32,000 bases of DNA, taken from NCBI RefSeq assembly GCF_000020025.1, contig NC_010628.1, positions 8,100,001 to 8,132,000 of the forward strand, written 5' to 3'. The notes below the pieces were generated by a model. The model did not search any database. It saw only the letters and a program-made list of their open reading frames with translations, and was not told where the DNA came from. The stretch comes from Nostoc punctiforme PCC 73102 (lineage in GTDB: Bacteria > Cyanobacteriota > Cyanobacteriia > Cyanobacteriales > Nostocaceae). Position 1 is the stretch's first letter; each line of letters opens with the position of its first letter. The position numbers and the translations under genes are program-made. This document shows positions 16,422-25,713 of the stretch, piece by piece.

Positions 16422-17489
16422 TTAGTTTTTTCTGATTCCTTGTGTTAAGACTGATTGAGATGCACTTGCTCTGGACGATTTAGCGTTCGGGGTTGAAAAA
16501 TCACCTAAGAAAAGCTGACGCATAATTGAAAAATTGCAGGTAATTTTGTAGATAATATATGAAATAATTAATGCACCTAATACCCTAATTCCTTGAGCTG
16601 CGAATATTGGGTAATTTTTCATAGTTATTTGTATCGGTTGATGTAAATACATAACGATCATAGAAGCATTACCAAGTTCGCGCAGGGCATTTCCTATGTA
16701 AGATTTATTATAAAGTAGTAGCGCAAATTGCTGTGTAATAATAATGCCAGATAAAGCTATAACAACATTAAAGATTAAGACTCCATAGCTTGTACCTTTC
16801 ATATTAAAAGCAAAATGCAGCAGAGACACTGTATCTAGTAAAATTGCAGTCAAAAATATTATTGTTCCTAATATAAGGATTTTAGTATTAATTAAAAATG
16901 ATTTAGCTGCCATGTGCCCTAACCAGTAAAATGGTAGTGCCATTGCAACTACATTGATATTCCAAGGAAAGGCAACATTTTTTAGATAATAATTAATCAT
17001 TGCTAAACAATAGGAGCCAAGCATAATTTTTATCATCAACCAATTATTAGAGCCAAACTTTATATAGAGCAGGTTATATAACTGCTGCGTAATAAATAAA
17101 CAAGTTACAAACCAAAATACACTAAACCAAAGCGCCAGATTTGCTCCACCATACAATTGTTTCCAAATGACCGGAAATATAGATATTATAAGTTTGTCTA
17201 TCGATAATATTTTTTTGTGCTGCCAACTATCTATTATTAATGGTAGATACTGAAGGAGAGTAAATAAAAAAAGAAATGAAAAATATGGTACTAGAAGATG
17301 AAGAAGTTTTTTCTTAAAGAAAGCAGAATAGTCAGTTTTTTTGCTATAAAGATATCCACTGATAAAGAAAAAAAGCGGCATGTGAAACCAGAAAATATAT
17401 TTCGATACTGGGTTGACTATGTGTCCTACAACAACCGTAATTATGGCAAGACCTTTCCAACAATCAATCCATTCAATTCTTTGCGACAT
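16422..17489 (-). CDS. Acyltransferase family 3 integral membrane protein (O-acyltransferase)
   Basis: 355 aa. The N-terminal RIEWIDCWKGLAIITVVVGHI is typical of acyltransferase_3. About ten hydrophobic segments follow. Confidence 0.78.
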   Translation of the reverse strand: MSQRIEWIDCWKGLAIITVVVGHIVNPVSKYIFWFHMPLFFFISGYLYSKKTDYSAFFKKKLLHLLVPYFSFLFLFTLLQYLPLIIDSWQHKKILSIDKLIISIFPVIWKQLYGGANLALWFSVFWFVTCLFITQQLYNLLYIKFGSNNWLMIKIMLGSYCLAMINYYLKNVAFPWNINVVAMALPFYWLGHMAAKSFLINTKILILGTIIFLTAILLDTVSLLHFAFNMKGTSYGVLIFNVVIALSGIIITQQFALLLYNKSYIGNALRELGNASMIVMYLHQPIQITMKNYPIFAAQGIRVLGALIISYIIYKITCNFSIMRQLFLGDFSTPNAKSSRASASQSVLTQGIRKN

Positions 17490-17868
17490 TAATCATACCT
17501 ATAGACTCTGTTGAATACTGTCGATGTCTGATATTTCTTTTGGCTTTCTCTGAACACTAGGATTTCTCAGAGCTTAAGCAGATTTAGTTTCCAAGCCTTG
17601 TGGCATCAACCTGACTCCTGACAGTTTTTTAGCAACAGCATTGAAGTCTTTTCATTTATTTTGCTCACTTGTCAAGTGCGTTATTTATCCTGTCTTTTAT
17701 GCTGATCTTATTTGATTTGCCAAGCTCACATAATACCGAATTAGATGAGCTTACACTGTATATCTTAACTAGAATTACTGAGTGATAAATTAAAGATTAA
17801 GTAAAGACATGATAAAAACACTTAGAGTAGATTAGGTGTAACGTACTAATTAAAATAAATTTGTTAGC

Positions 17869-18642
17869 TTACTCCAGTTTTGCTGCTGCATTTACAGCAA
17901 TTGCGATCGCATTTTTCACAGCAATATCCCTCTGTTCTAAGATGATATTTTCACTCACAGTACGCCCAGCAACTACACCGCAAACAGCAGCAGCAGCAAA
18001 ATTATACACACCTGCCATTTTGAATAGTGTGCCGGATTCCATCTCATAATTCAAGATATTTAAACGCCGATATTCTTCTGTGATGCCATGCAGCGATCGC
18101 ATTAAATTTGGATTTGCTGAATCTGTGCGTTCTTGTCCTTCGTAAAAAGTATCAACTGATGCCGTAATTCCGATGTAATGTTCAACCTTTAATTCTCGCG
18201 CGGCTTTAACTAAAGCGACTGTCAGAAACGGATCGGCTGCGGCTGGATATTCCACAGGTGCAATGTCATTTGCTGCACCTTGGCGACATAATGCTGCACT
18301 GCTAATAACAACGCTACCGACTGGTATATAAGGTTGAATTGCTCCGCAAGTTCCAATGCGAATGATTTGCCGAATTCCTACTTGTATCAACTCGTTGACA
18401 ACAATACTTAATGAAGGCGCACCCATACCACTAGTTGCAGATAAGATGCTGCGACCATTTGGTAAATATCCCACATAGCTATTGAGTCCGCGATTTTCCG
18501 ACAATAAGCGAACATCTTGGAAATAAGTTTGGGCAATTAGATGCGAGCGCTCTGGCTCACCAGATAATAGGGCAATCCTGGGAGGCGATGAACCTAAATC
18601 ATCTTGTCCAAAGCCAATGTGATAAAAGCGTTTATTTGCCAT
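17869..18642 (-). CDS. Nucleoside phosphorylase (PNP_UDP_1 family, uridine/purine nucleoside phosphorylase-like)
   Basis: 257 aa. It has HIGFGQDDLG..ALLSGEPERS, SGMGAPSLSIVVNEL, IIRIGTCGA and NYEMESGTLF, which are the family-1 NP motifs. Confidence 0.88.
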   Translation of the reverse strand: MANKRFYHIGFGQDDLGSSPPRIALLSGEPERSHLIAQTYFQDVRLLSENRGLNSYVGYLPNGRSILSATSGMGAPSLSIVVNELIQVGIRQIIRIGTCGAIQPYIPVGSVVISSAALCRQGAANDIAPVEYPAAADPFLTVALVKAARELKVEHYIGITASVDTFYEGQERTDSANPNLMRSLHGITEEYRRLNILNYEMESGTLFKMAGVYNFAAAAVCGVVAGRTVSENIILEQRDIAVKNAIAIAVNAAAKLE

Positions 18643-18773
18643 TCAATGCTACTCGCACGCGTATTGCAGATCGGAGCGTTTCTTATTGCTGGCTCCTACA
18701 ACTAAGGAACCAAGAATTGCTCTCAATATGGTTGGGCGATCGCTAAACTATTAGGACTTATGCAACTAACTTG

Positions 18774-19901
18774 TCACGCATGAACCAACAAGTATTGACC
18801 GTTACCAAGAATTTCACCATCACAACCGTCAAAATACACAATGCACAAGAGCAAATAAAGTCTCCACATCCGGCAGAACTTGCCATAGTTCATACCATAA
18901 TTTAAATCTTTGACTTTAGCTTGATTCTGGTCAAAATTCATCAACCAATTTATCAGAGTCTTTGAGTAGTTAGCACCATTTAAATACCATTGATTAATAG
19001 TTTTTAGGTCTGTATTAACCTTTGGAATGACATCATAATTCCACACCCGCATGTTTGGAAAAACATATTTGTCTATAAAAGGATGGGTTATATTATAAGG
19101 TAATCTGGTTGTGATTATGTGAATTAACACCTTGCCATCATCTTTTAGGAGAGAAGCCAGTTTTTGAAATGATTTCGTTAAATTACCTACATGTTCAAAC
19201 AGGCCAATCGCCATAATTTTATCAAACTTATTCTCAAAATCAATATCATTAAAGTCCTTTTCATATAGAGTGAATCTATCTGAACTGAGGTAACTAGTAG
19301 GGTCTCGCATTTTTTTACGCATATATTCACATTGCCCGTGGCTCAAATTAAGAGCTGTTACTTTCACATGCGGAAACCGGGAAAGGATGTAATTTGATGC
19401 AGAACCCCAACCGCATCCCAAATCTAAAATTTCGTCTCCATCTTCGATGCCTGCTTTTGCAATCAAATCATCGAGCATGTGCATTTGAGCTTGCTTAAGG
19501 TTAGATGCTTCTTTTTCCCATAAACCCATTGTGTATTTTGGATATAAAAGTTCTGTCTCTTTTAACATCAGACTGAACATTTCTTCGGGTAGGTTGTATT
19601 GAACCTTCATTAGTTCGTGCGATCCTTCTGCAAGGCGATCGCTTTCTTGCAACAGCCATTCATAGGGAACTAAAAGAGAGGGAAAATATTTGTAGCTGAT
19701 TTGCATCGAGAGATTTAAAAGGGATTTAAGCAGAGGAGCGGGGATTTTTAGCCCATTGATATAAGCCTCTGCTCCTGCCATTACGATTGCATTGAATGCA
19801 GCGATCGCTGTGCGGTTAGCTTGGTAAGCAATTCGGTTTTTGTTATTCACATCTACTAAAAGATTATGTCTTTGGATCTTGTCTGTAATGCTGGAAGTCA
19901 T
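18774..19901 (-). CDS. SAM-dependent methyltransferase, cyclopropane-fatty-acyl-phospholipid synthase (CMAS) family
   Basis: 375 aa. It has HYNLP-like QYNLPEEMF, the SAM motif I ILDLGCGWGS, and FDKIMAIGLFEHVG. Overall length is CMAS-like. Confidence 0.85.
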   Translation of the reverse strand: MTSSITDKIQRHNLLVDVNNKNRIAYQANRTAIAAFNAIVMAGAEAYINGLKIPAPLLKSLLNLSMQISYKYFPSLLVPYEWLLQESDRLAEGSHELMKVQYNLPEEMFSLMLKETELLYPKYTMGLWEKEASNLKQAQMHMLDDLIAKAGIEDGDEILDLGCGWGSASNYILSRFPHVKVTALNLSHGQCEYMRKKMRDPTSYLSSDRFTLYEKDFNDIDFENKFDKIMAIGLFEHVGNLTKSFQKLASLLKDDGKVLIHIITTRLPYNITHPFIDKYVFPNMRVWNYDVIPKVNTDLKTINQWYLNGANYSKTLINWLMNFDQNQAKVKDLNYGMNYGKFCRMWRLYLLLCIVYFDGCDGEILGNGQYLLVHA

Positions 19902-20260
19902 GTATACATTACCTTAGATTTTTGGTTATATTAAATTTATGACAAAACTAAATACTCGTCTTTTACAATTTCGGCCCGCGATAAATTCAAAACTCCCATA
20001 AAATCAAGGATTTATCACTCCCTAATGCTACTTAAAGTGGGAAAAGACGAGAAATAAAATTGAGAGTTATAAAATCAATTTATGTATTAAAAATTAATAT
20101 TTTTTTATTAAGCTTAATAAGGACATAACGATCCCTTAATTAATAGTGTTTCTCTTCGGGTTGCGAAAATATTTGATAAATTGCATTTAAATTTTTCACA
20201 CCATAGGGAACACCATATTTTCCCTGGTAATGAACTCAGACTATTATCCAAAGTCCTGCT

Positions 20261-20857
20261 TTACCTAAAATCTCCTCCTTCCCATATCTGAAGTTGTCTT
20301 TCAGCCGCAACTATGCAATTTAGATACTTTGGTGGATACAGAAAATGATCGTAAGCTAAAGCCATCTGTCTAGCAGCCTCAGTATGTGGCACTCGTCCTA
20401 TTCCCGTACCCAATCCAGGACAGGCAATCGTGTTAATTTTTTGCCTAGCGTGTTGGTTATGGTGGCGAACTGTCAGCAGCATTGCCCACATTGCAATATA
20501 AGGAATATCCGTCCCAGCAATAATCATGGGAACTCGCATCGTAGGTGTATGAGCCAAAAAAGGATGTTTATGATGACCTGTTTCCACAATCATTGATGTT
20601 CCTACAGGCTGTTCGCCCAAATAATCCTCAAGAATGCGCTGTTGGACTCTTGCCATTAAGGGACGACCAAAAAAACGGATAGCCGCATCTATGCCACCAT
20701 CCATCATGCCAAAAGAGTTCGCAGGGCTGACCATACAATCAAAATCTGGCAACCACTCGAAATAGTTATTCACTATTTCTACATTGGGTAAGTAATTAAA
20801 ATTCTGTTGAAAGGCTGCACACAACAAAGAGTCGGGAGCTACCAATATCAATTTCAA
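20261..20857 (-). CDS. Macro domain protein (ADP-ribose binding/processing fold)
   Basis: 198 aa. It has [20 protein letters not shown] (the macrodomain N-x6-GG-[VI]-D type motif) and [12 protein letters not shown] (second phosphate-binding loop). Confidence 0.7.
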   Translation of the reverse strand: MKLILVAPDSLLCAAFQQNFNYLPNVEIVNNYFEWLPDFDCMVSPANSFGMMDGGIDAAIRFFGRPLMARVQQRILEDYLGEQPVGTSMIVETGHHKHPFLAHTPTMRVPMIIAGTDIPYIAMWAMLLTVRHHNQHARQKINTIACPGLGTGIGRVPHTEAARQMALAYDHFLYPPKYLNCIVAAERQLQIWEGGDFR

Positions 20858-20949
20858 GCTTTTATTTCCTCCGCTTGAATACCTATTTTAAACGTCAGAT
20901 GGGGCAAACATCAACTGTTTGTCTGACTTTTCGCATCATCTGGAAGGTC

Positions 20950-21380
20950 TTTCTAGAGAAGATGTTTGTGCCGGAACCAGTAATTACACTGGCAATTACG
21001 CCCAATAAACAGGAAGATAGCGATCGCCTTTCTAAGGCACTCAATCGCTTTCAAAGGGAAGATCCTACCTTCCGGTTGAGCATTGACCCCGAATCAGGCG
21101 CAACTCTGATTTCTGGAATGGGCGAACTCCACCTAGAAATCTACCTCGAACGCATTCAATGGGAATATAATGCGGAGGTCTACGTTGGTAATCCCCCCGT
21201 GGCATACCGAGAAACTATTGGACAACAAGCTACTTTTGACTACCGATTCAAGAAACAGTCACTGGCGCGTTTGGGTATTCTACAGAGTTGCGTAGACGCG
21301 AAGCGGCTTGTCCTCAGACATCGCTCACTTCTGGTATGACTACTTTTTCAATGGAGTTTGCCTGCTATCGCCAGTGTTGA
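20950..21380 (+). pseudogene. Elongation factor G paralogue remnant (5'-truncated, internal deletion/frameshift)
   Basis: [89 protein letters not shown] corresponds to EF-G domain III and the start of IV. After FDYRFKKQS the frame shifts. Another frame reads [25 protein letters not shown]-stop (21378-21380), the EF-G C-terminus. The GTPase domain, domain II and most of IV/V are missing. The tracked ORF begins with TTG. Confidence 0.8.
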
Positions 21381-21499
21381 ACCCACATTAACAATTAGCA
21401 TAAGCTCCAGTTTGTCTGATAAGACAAGCTGGAGCTTAAATCACTTAATCAGAAAAAAGAGTAGTAACCCAACACCAAGAATCCTTGATTTTGTTGAGA

Positions 21500-22930
21500 T
21501 TAGCGATCGCCTTTGCTAAGGTCTAAATCATCTGCAATATTTAGCGAATCACTACTATCTACTTGATTCGGCAGTATATTTGAAATAACTGCACTATTAG
21601 CTAATTTCTTTTCTGGTATATTTAAACTATCTACATCAATTGATAATTCATTAGTAACTGGTTTATATTCAGGATTCTCTCGGTTTCCACTTGCTATTTC
21701 TTCTGCTTTGCCGATAAAATCCTTTGCAAGCCGTTCACTAAAGCCAACAACAAATGCTATTACAAAAATCAAAGACCTTTGTTGGTCTTGAGATGATTCT
21801 TGATTTGTAGTTGGATTTAGCTTGAAGATGTTAGGATTAATAAACATGGATATTAGCCCAGAGTTAATTAAGGCTAAAAATAAAACAGCAAATGCTCCTC
21901 CAATCATTGGTTTAAAAGCACCAACAAGAAATGGAGTTAGTGGATCGGAATATTTCTTCTTTTGAAATTCTTCAATTCTAATTAAAATACTGATAATACT
22001 ACCTAATGTTCCTGCCGAAATAGCTAAACTGAGTTGGAGAAGAAATTCATTATACTTCTGATTTACAGATTGCCTTTTGCTATATTGTGCATTTAATTCG
22101 GCAAGGTTACTATTTAGAATTGTCAACTCTGTACTCTTGAACTCTGCATTCTTTTGAGATATTATATTTAACTCTTTAATTTCTTCTTTGGTTGTTTTTA
22201 ATTTACTAACATCATTTGCCGATTCAGAATTTGTGTTTTCTGATTGATTTTTTGCTTCAGATTGATTTTGAATTTCTTCTACTCGGTTATCTGTATATTT
22301 TTGAATTTCTTTGATTTCGCTTTGTAAGAAGTTTTTGTTAATATTATAATTATTGTTATTATAATAATTAATAATTTCTGAAAACATCCAAAGTCCGGCG
22401 ATAGAAGAGGAAGTAATTCCTCCATATATAAACACAGCACTTATAAGCCCAAAAATTACTTTAGTCGTCGTTGATGGTGAACGATGAACTGATAGAAATG
22501 GATTGATGATAAATCCTGTTATAGGATGTTCATATTTGCAAACAATTTGTTCAACATCAAATCTAATTGCCTGGGCAATATTTATATTCGATGAAGATTC
22601 ACGTAAAGCTTCTATGGCAAATATTAAAGCTTTCGAGAGTTCAGTCAGTTCTCTTTGAATTGTATTCCTATTATCAGGTATCAATATTCTCGGTATTTCG
22701 TCCCACCAAATTTTTTGTGGCGCATTTCTATTGATGAGTTTTTGAAGCCTATTAAACAAGATAATTATTTGAGATATTTCTTTCCCTGCTGAGACTAATT
22801 CTTCTTGTTTAGTTGGATCTGCAAAATTATTTAAATTATTTTTATAGAAATCTTTTATAAGTGCCTGTATCAGTGTCCTACTCTCATCTAAATTCCAATC
22901 ATTTTCAGTTGCTTTTTGATTAAAAACCAT
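21500..22930 (-). CDS. Orphan membrane protein: N-terminal soluble domain, TM, long Asn/Gln/Glu-rich coiled coil, C-terminal multi-TM module
   Basis: 476 aa. The TM candidates are VIFGLISAVFIYGGITSSSIAGLWMF, LLQLSLAISAGTLGSIISILI, FLVGAFKPMIGGAFAVLFLALINSGLI and SLIFVIAFVVGF. The coiled-coil region covers about aa 200-300. The gene is extremely AT-rich (7/60 G+C in the line starting 22321). No family was recognised. Confidence 0.6.
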   Translation of the reverse strand: MVFNQKATENDWNLDESRTLIQALIKDFYKNNLNNFADPTKQEELVSAGKEISQIIILFNRLQKLINRNAPQKIWWDEIPRILIPDNRNTIQRELTELSKALIFAIEALRESSSNINIAQAIRFDVEQIVCKYEHPITGFIINPFLSVHRSPSTTTKVIFGLISAVFIYGGITSSSIAGLWMFSEIINYYNNNNYNINKNFLQSEIKEIQKYTDNRVEEIQNQSEAKNQSENTNSESANDVSKLKTTKEEIKELNIISQKNAEFKSTELTILNSNLAELNAQYSKRQSVNQKYNEFLLQLSLAISAGTLGSIISILIRIEEFQKKKYSDPLTPFLVGAFKPMIGGAFAVLFLALINSGLISMFINPNIFKLNPTTNQESSQDQQRSLIFVIAFVVGFSERLAKDFIGKAEEIASGNRENPEYKPVTNELSIDVDSLNIPEKKLANSAVISNILPNQVDSSDSLNIADDLDLSKGDR

Positions 22931-23310
22931 TTTATCTCCAATAACTTTCTAATGTTCCTAACTATTGAATAAAAGTAGTGAATATCTATGAATTACTTTG
23001 AAGAAATTTACCAAGATACTCAACCTTCTACTTGTATTTATCATTCACTTTTTAGCATGGAATATACGATTGTGCAGCAAATAGTACACTCACTAGTACT
23101 TTTTGTCACCAGATATCGCTGCGGTTATAACTTAGGGGGATCTCAAAATCCCCTTAAAAAGGGGGTTGGAGGGATCTCTTACGCTTCTCGCGTCGGGAAA
23201 GGGGTTAGATTTTCGTAGACTTTTAGAGATGATCTGAATTGTCACAGTTAGAATCAAACTTCACAAGAGCATTACTACTATTCCCGAAAGCGTTTATTCG
23301 GTAAACTGAA

Positions 23311-24204
23311 TTGGATATTCAGGAGTTTTTTGTGGCTATTTTGAGAACTCTGCAACCTGGAGATGAAGTATCGGTAGAAGCATTTCTCTTGCAACACGCT
23401 GATACTTCTATATTTTTGCGCTCTAATTGGCGAACTGCGGGACTGCTTGATGAAGGTGCAAGATTTCAAGGAACTTACGTAGCGGCCTACACAGATAAAA
23501 CGATAGTGGCAGTTGCAGCCCACTTTTAGAATGGGATGATAATAGTCCAAGCGCCTGTATGTTTGCCAGAGGTGGTGCAAGCAGTTGTGGAACAATCTAG
23601 ACGTACTATTTCTGGAATTACTGGTCCAGCAGCACAAGTTGAAGCAACAAAAAGTATTTTGGGACTTAGCAACACACCAACTCAGCTTGATGAACATGAG
23701 ATATTGTTTTCTCTAGCACTACAAGACTTGCAAATACCTGAAGCTTTAACATCGGCAAAGGTACAGTGTCGTTTGCCACATCCAGAAGAATTGGAATTAC
23801 TTGCCGAATGGTGTGCTGCTTATAACGTAGAAGCTTTAGGAAAAACTGATACTCCAAGTTTAAGGCTTGCTTGCGATCGCATAATTGAAGCACGTCAAGA
23901 TATGCGTATGCATTGGGTTTTAGTGGCAGGAGATACTTTAGTTTCTTACTCTGCTTTCAATGCCAGTCTACCTGATATTGTGCAAATTGGTGGAGTATGG
24001 ACACCGCCAGCACTACGGGGGAAAGGCTATGCCAAAAGTGTGGTAGCAGGATCGTTGTTAAAAGCGCGATCGCTCTTAGTAAAACGTGCCATCCTATTTA
24101 CAGGTGATAATAACCAAGCAGCCCAAGCAGTTTATCGAGGAATTGGCTTTTTGCCTACTGGCGAAAAGTATGACTTAGTCTTATTTGAAGAGACTCAGGC
24201 TTAA
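23311..24204 (+). pseudogene. GNAT family N-acetyltransferase interrupted by one in-frame TAG (23527-23529)
   Basis: ORFs 23311-23529 and 23536-24204 are in the same frame and read ..VAVAAHF-TAG-NGMIIVQAP... The downstream part carries the acetyl-CoA motif LRGKGYAKSVVA. The upstream ORF starts at TTG, and a GTG at 23332 is an alternative start. The stop is one transition away from TGG (Trp). Confidence 0.7.
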
Positions 24205-24205
24205 G

Positions 24206-24613
24206 AAATATTGGGGTGAGTTTTGGGAGCGCAACACTGAAAAGGAAGACTTGGGACAGACATAGCGGGATATCAAGCAACCACCAGGAAAATGGGAAGT
24301 ATATGAACGAATTCTACGTGTTCCTTATTATGTAGTATTTGATCGGTACAAATATGAGTTTAGGGTATTTAAATTAGATGGAGGCCGTTATGCTGAGATA
24401 GCATTGTCAGATTCACGTTTTTGGATACCGGAATTAGAATTAGGCTTGGGTATGTGGCGGGGACGCTATCAAAATGTAGAACAGCCCTGGTTACGTTGGT
24501 ATGATGGGACTCTCAACTGGGTATTGACTTCTACAGAACAAGAAAGACAACGGGCTGAACGGTTGATTGCACAACTACGAGCGCTCGGCGTTGAACCCGA
24601 TGTAGATACTTAA
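24206..24613 (+). pseudogene. Uma2 (DUF820) family endonuclease remnant: 5'-truncated with an in-frame TAG at 24263-24265
   Basis: Own translation gives ..NTEKEDLGQT-TAG-RDIKQPPGKWEVYERILRVPYYVVFDRYKYEFRVFKLDGGRYAEIALSDSRFWIPELELGLGMWRGRYQNVEQPWLRWYDGTLNWVLTSTEQERQRAERLIAQLRALGVEPD. This is the typical C-terminal two-thirds of cyanobacterial Uma2 proteins. The N-terminal part is absent, because the GNAT gene ends at 24204. Confidence 0.7.
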
Positions 24614-25143
24614 TTCCTCAGAAGTTTCCTGTTTTGTGAATAGTCTGTATAGCCTTGAATATTCTCTGGTTCAAATTGACGCAGTACACGCGTAGCTTCG
24701 CGTGTTAAATCCTCATTTCCGGTAACTACAATTAGGTATTTACCAGCATTCAGACGGTTACGATAGGGTAAAGCATCGCCACTGCCAACTGTTATGCCAG
24801 TTCCTCGACCGATTAAACCAGCCCCCAAAGCGCCGGCTATCGCTCCTAATATACCAGCAAGAAATTCATTGCCAAATCGAGCAAACTGGGGAAATATTTC
24901 AATTTGTGTGAGATAGTTAAAGGCATAACCTGCAACAAATCCAAAGGGTACAAGCCACCAAAAGAGCTGAGTTGATTGCTTGCGGGCTTGCTTGTCGGGA
25001 TCAATCATTCCAAATTCATCAGCACTTAAATAACCATCGCCTAAAATATTAACTTGTGAAGTAGGCAAGCCTGCTTTTTCCAGAGCAGAGTAAGCGGCTT
25101 CTACTTGTATTCGATCTGGTAAAACTGCAACAAGGTAATTCAT
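24610..25143 (-). CDS. Small membrane protein (general-stress/DUF1269-like architecture)
   Basis: The likely start is MNYLVAVLPDRIQ (ATG at 25143-25141), preceded by AGGAAA. The tracked ORF extends to 25230. Two central glycine-rich hydrophobic segments (LFWWLVPFGFVAGYAF and FLAGILGAIAGALGAGLIG) sit between short soluble alpha/beta-like ends. Confidence 0.6.
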   Translation of the reverse strand: MNYLVAVLPDRIQVEAAYSALEKAGLPTSQVNILGDGYLSADEFGMIDPDKQARKQSTQLFWWLVPFGFVAGYAFNYLTQIEIFPQFARFGNEFLAGILGAIAGALGAGLIGRGTGITVGSGDALPYRNRLNAGKYLIVVTGNEDLTREATRVLRQFEPENIQGYTDYSQNRKLLRN

Positions 25144-25208
25144 AAGGATTTCCTTTTTAACAAAGATTTTTTGTGCAAAATTAATAAAACTGCTTAATAC
25201 GAATCGAG

Positions 25209-25412
25209 CTATTCTGGCTTTTTGTGCCATTGCCCATCATTACCTTTTTCGTAATCGCGTTTCACAGCACTCCAAGCAACACGAAAGGCACGCTCCTCTT
25301 CATCATATTCTTCTTGAGCATTGTTAAATGCAGCTCGAAAAATTTCTTGGGCGTGCTTGGGTAAGTGAGCTTTGACTGAATCAGGTAAGTCTGCAATCTC
25401 TTGGTAAGGCAT
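25209..25412 (-). CDS. chaB: ChaB family protein
   Basis: The likely start is MPYQEIADLPDSVKAHLPKHAQEIFRAAFNNA..AFRVAWSAVKRDYEKGNDGQWHKK (ATG at 25412-25410, with GGAAAGGAAA upstream). This is the classic ChaB signature. The tracked ORF extends to 25502. Confidence 0.88.
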   Translation of the reverse strand: MPYQEIADLPDSVKAHLPKHAQEIFRAAFNNAQEEYDEEERAFRVAWSAVKRDYEKGNDGQWHKKPE

Positions 25413-25713
25413 AAATTTCCTTTCCTTACTTGATGGAGTAATGTTAAATATAGCGGTTCTCCGCCCTTGTAAGGTACAAGAACCCAAACCCCCTAAGAGC
25501 AAGCTAGGAGGGGGCTATGATGTACTTTTTAAAAAATGCCGCCGCTTTACCTCTAAAGACAGATGGTTTTGCACGGATTCATCATTATTTTTATCTGTCA
25601 TTAATATTTTTCGTAATTTAAAATATTTAGTCTTTGCCAATTTCGTCCAACAATTACACGACTTTAAATAATTCGTAATTATTAACTACAAATTATTTAA
25701 ATTCGTGATGATG

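Noticed and set aside
17869-18642. Nucleoside phosphorylase as an ATP-degrading immune effector of the kind found in some defence systems
   Set aside because: The protein is a standalone enzyme of housekeeping length with canonical Udp/PNP motifs and no fused sensor. No partner genes typical of such systems (cyclase, two-component or TIR-like) are present in the window.
20875-21339. Treating the 154-aa TTG-start ORF as a real gene
   Set aside because: Its only recognisable content is an internal piece of EF-G, which then runs out of frame. It is annotated as a pseudogene instead.
22988-23218. 76-aa ORF between the orphan membrane gene and the GNAT gene
   Set aside because: Its 3' half is a translation of small hairpin repeats (GGGGAT-ctcaaa-ATCCCC and CCCC-ttaaaaa-GGGG, giving PLKKGVGGI). 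It lies in AT-rich promoter-like DNA and no motif was recognised.
23278-23893. Minus-strand ORFs 23278-23697 (Cys-rich, 139 aa) and 23666-23893
   Set aside because: They are antisense to the GNAT reading frame, which has clear family motifs.
25441-25671. 76-aa plus-strand ORF upstream of chaB
   Set aside because: It overlaps the chaB leader and small palindromes (CTTGTA-agg-TACAAG and CCCCCT..AGGGGG). It is AT-rich and low-complexity and has no motif.
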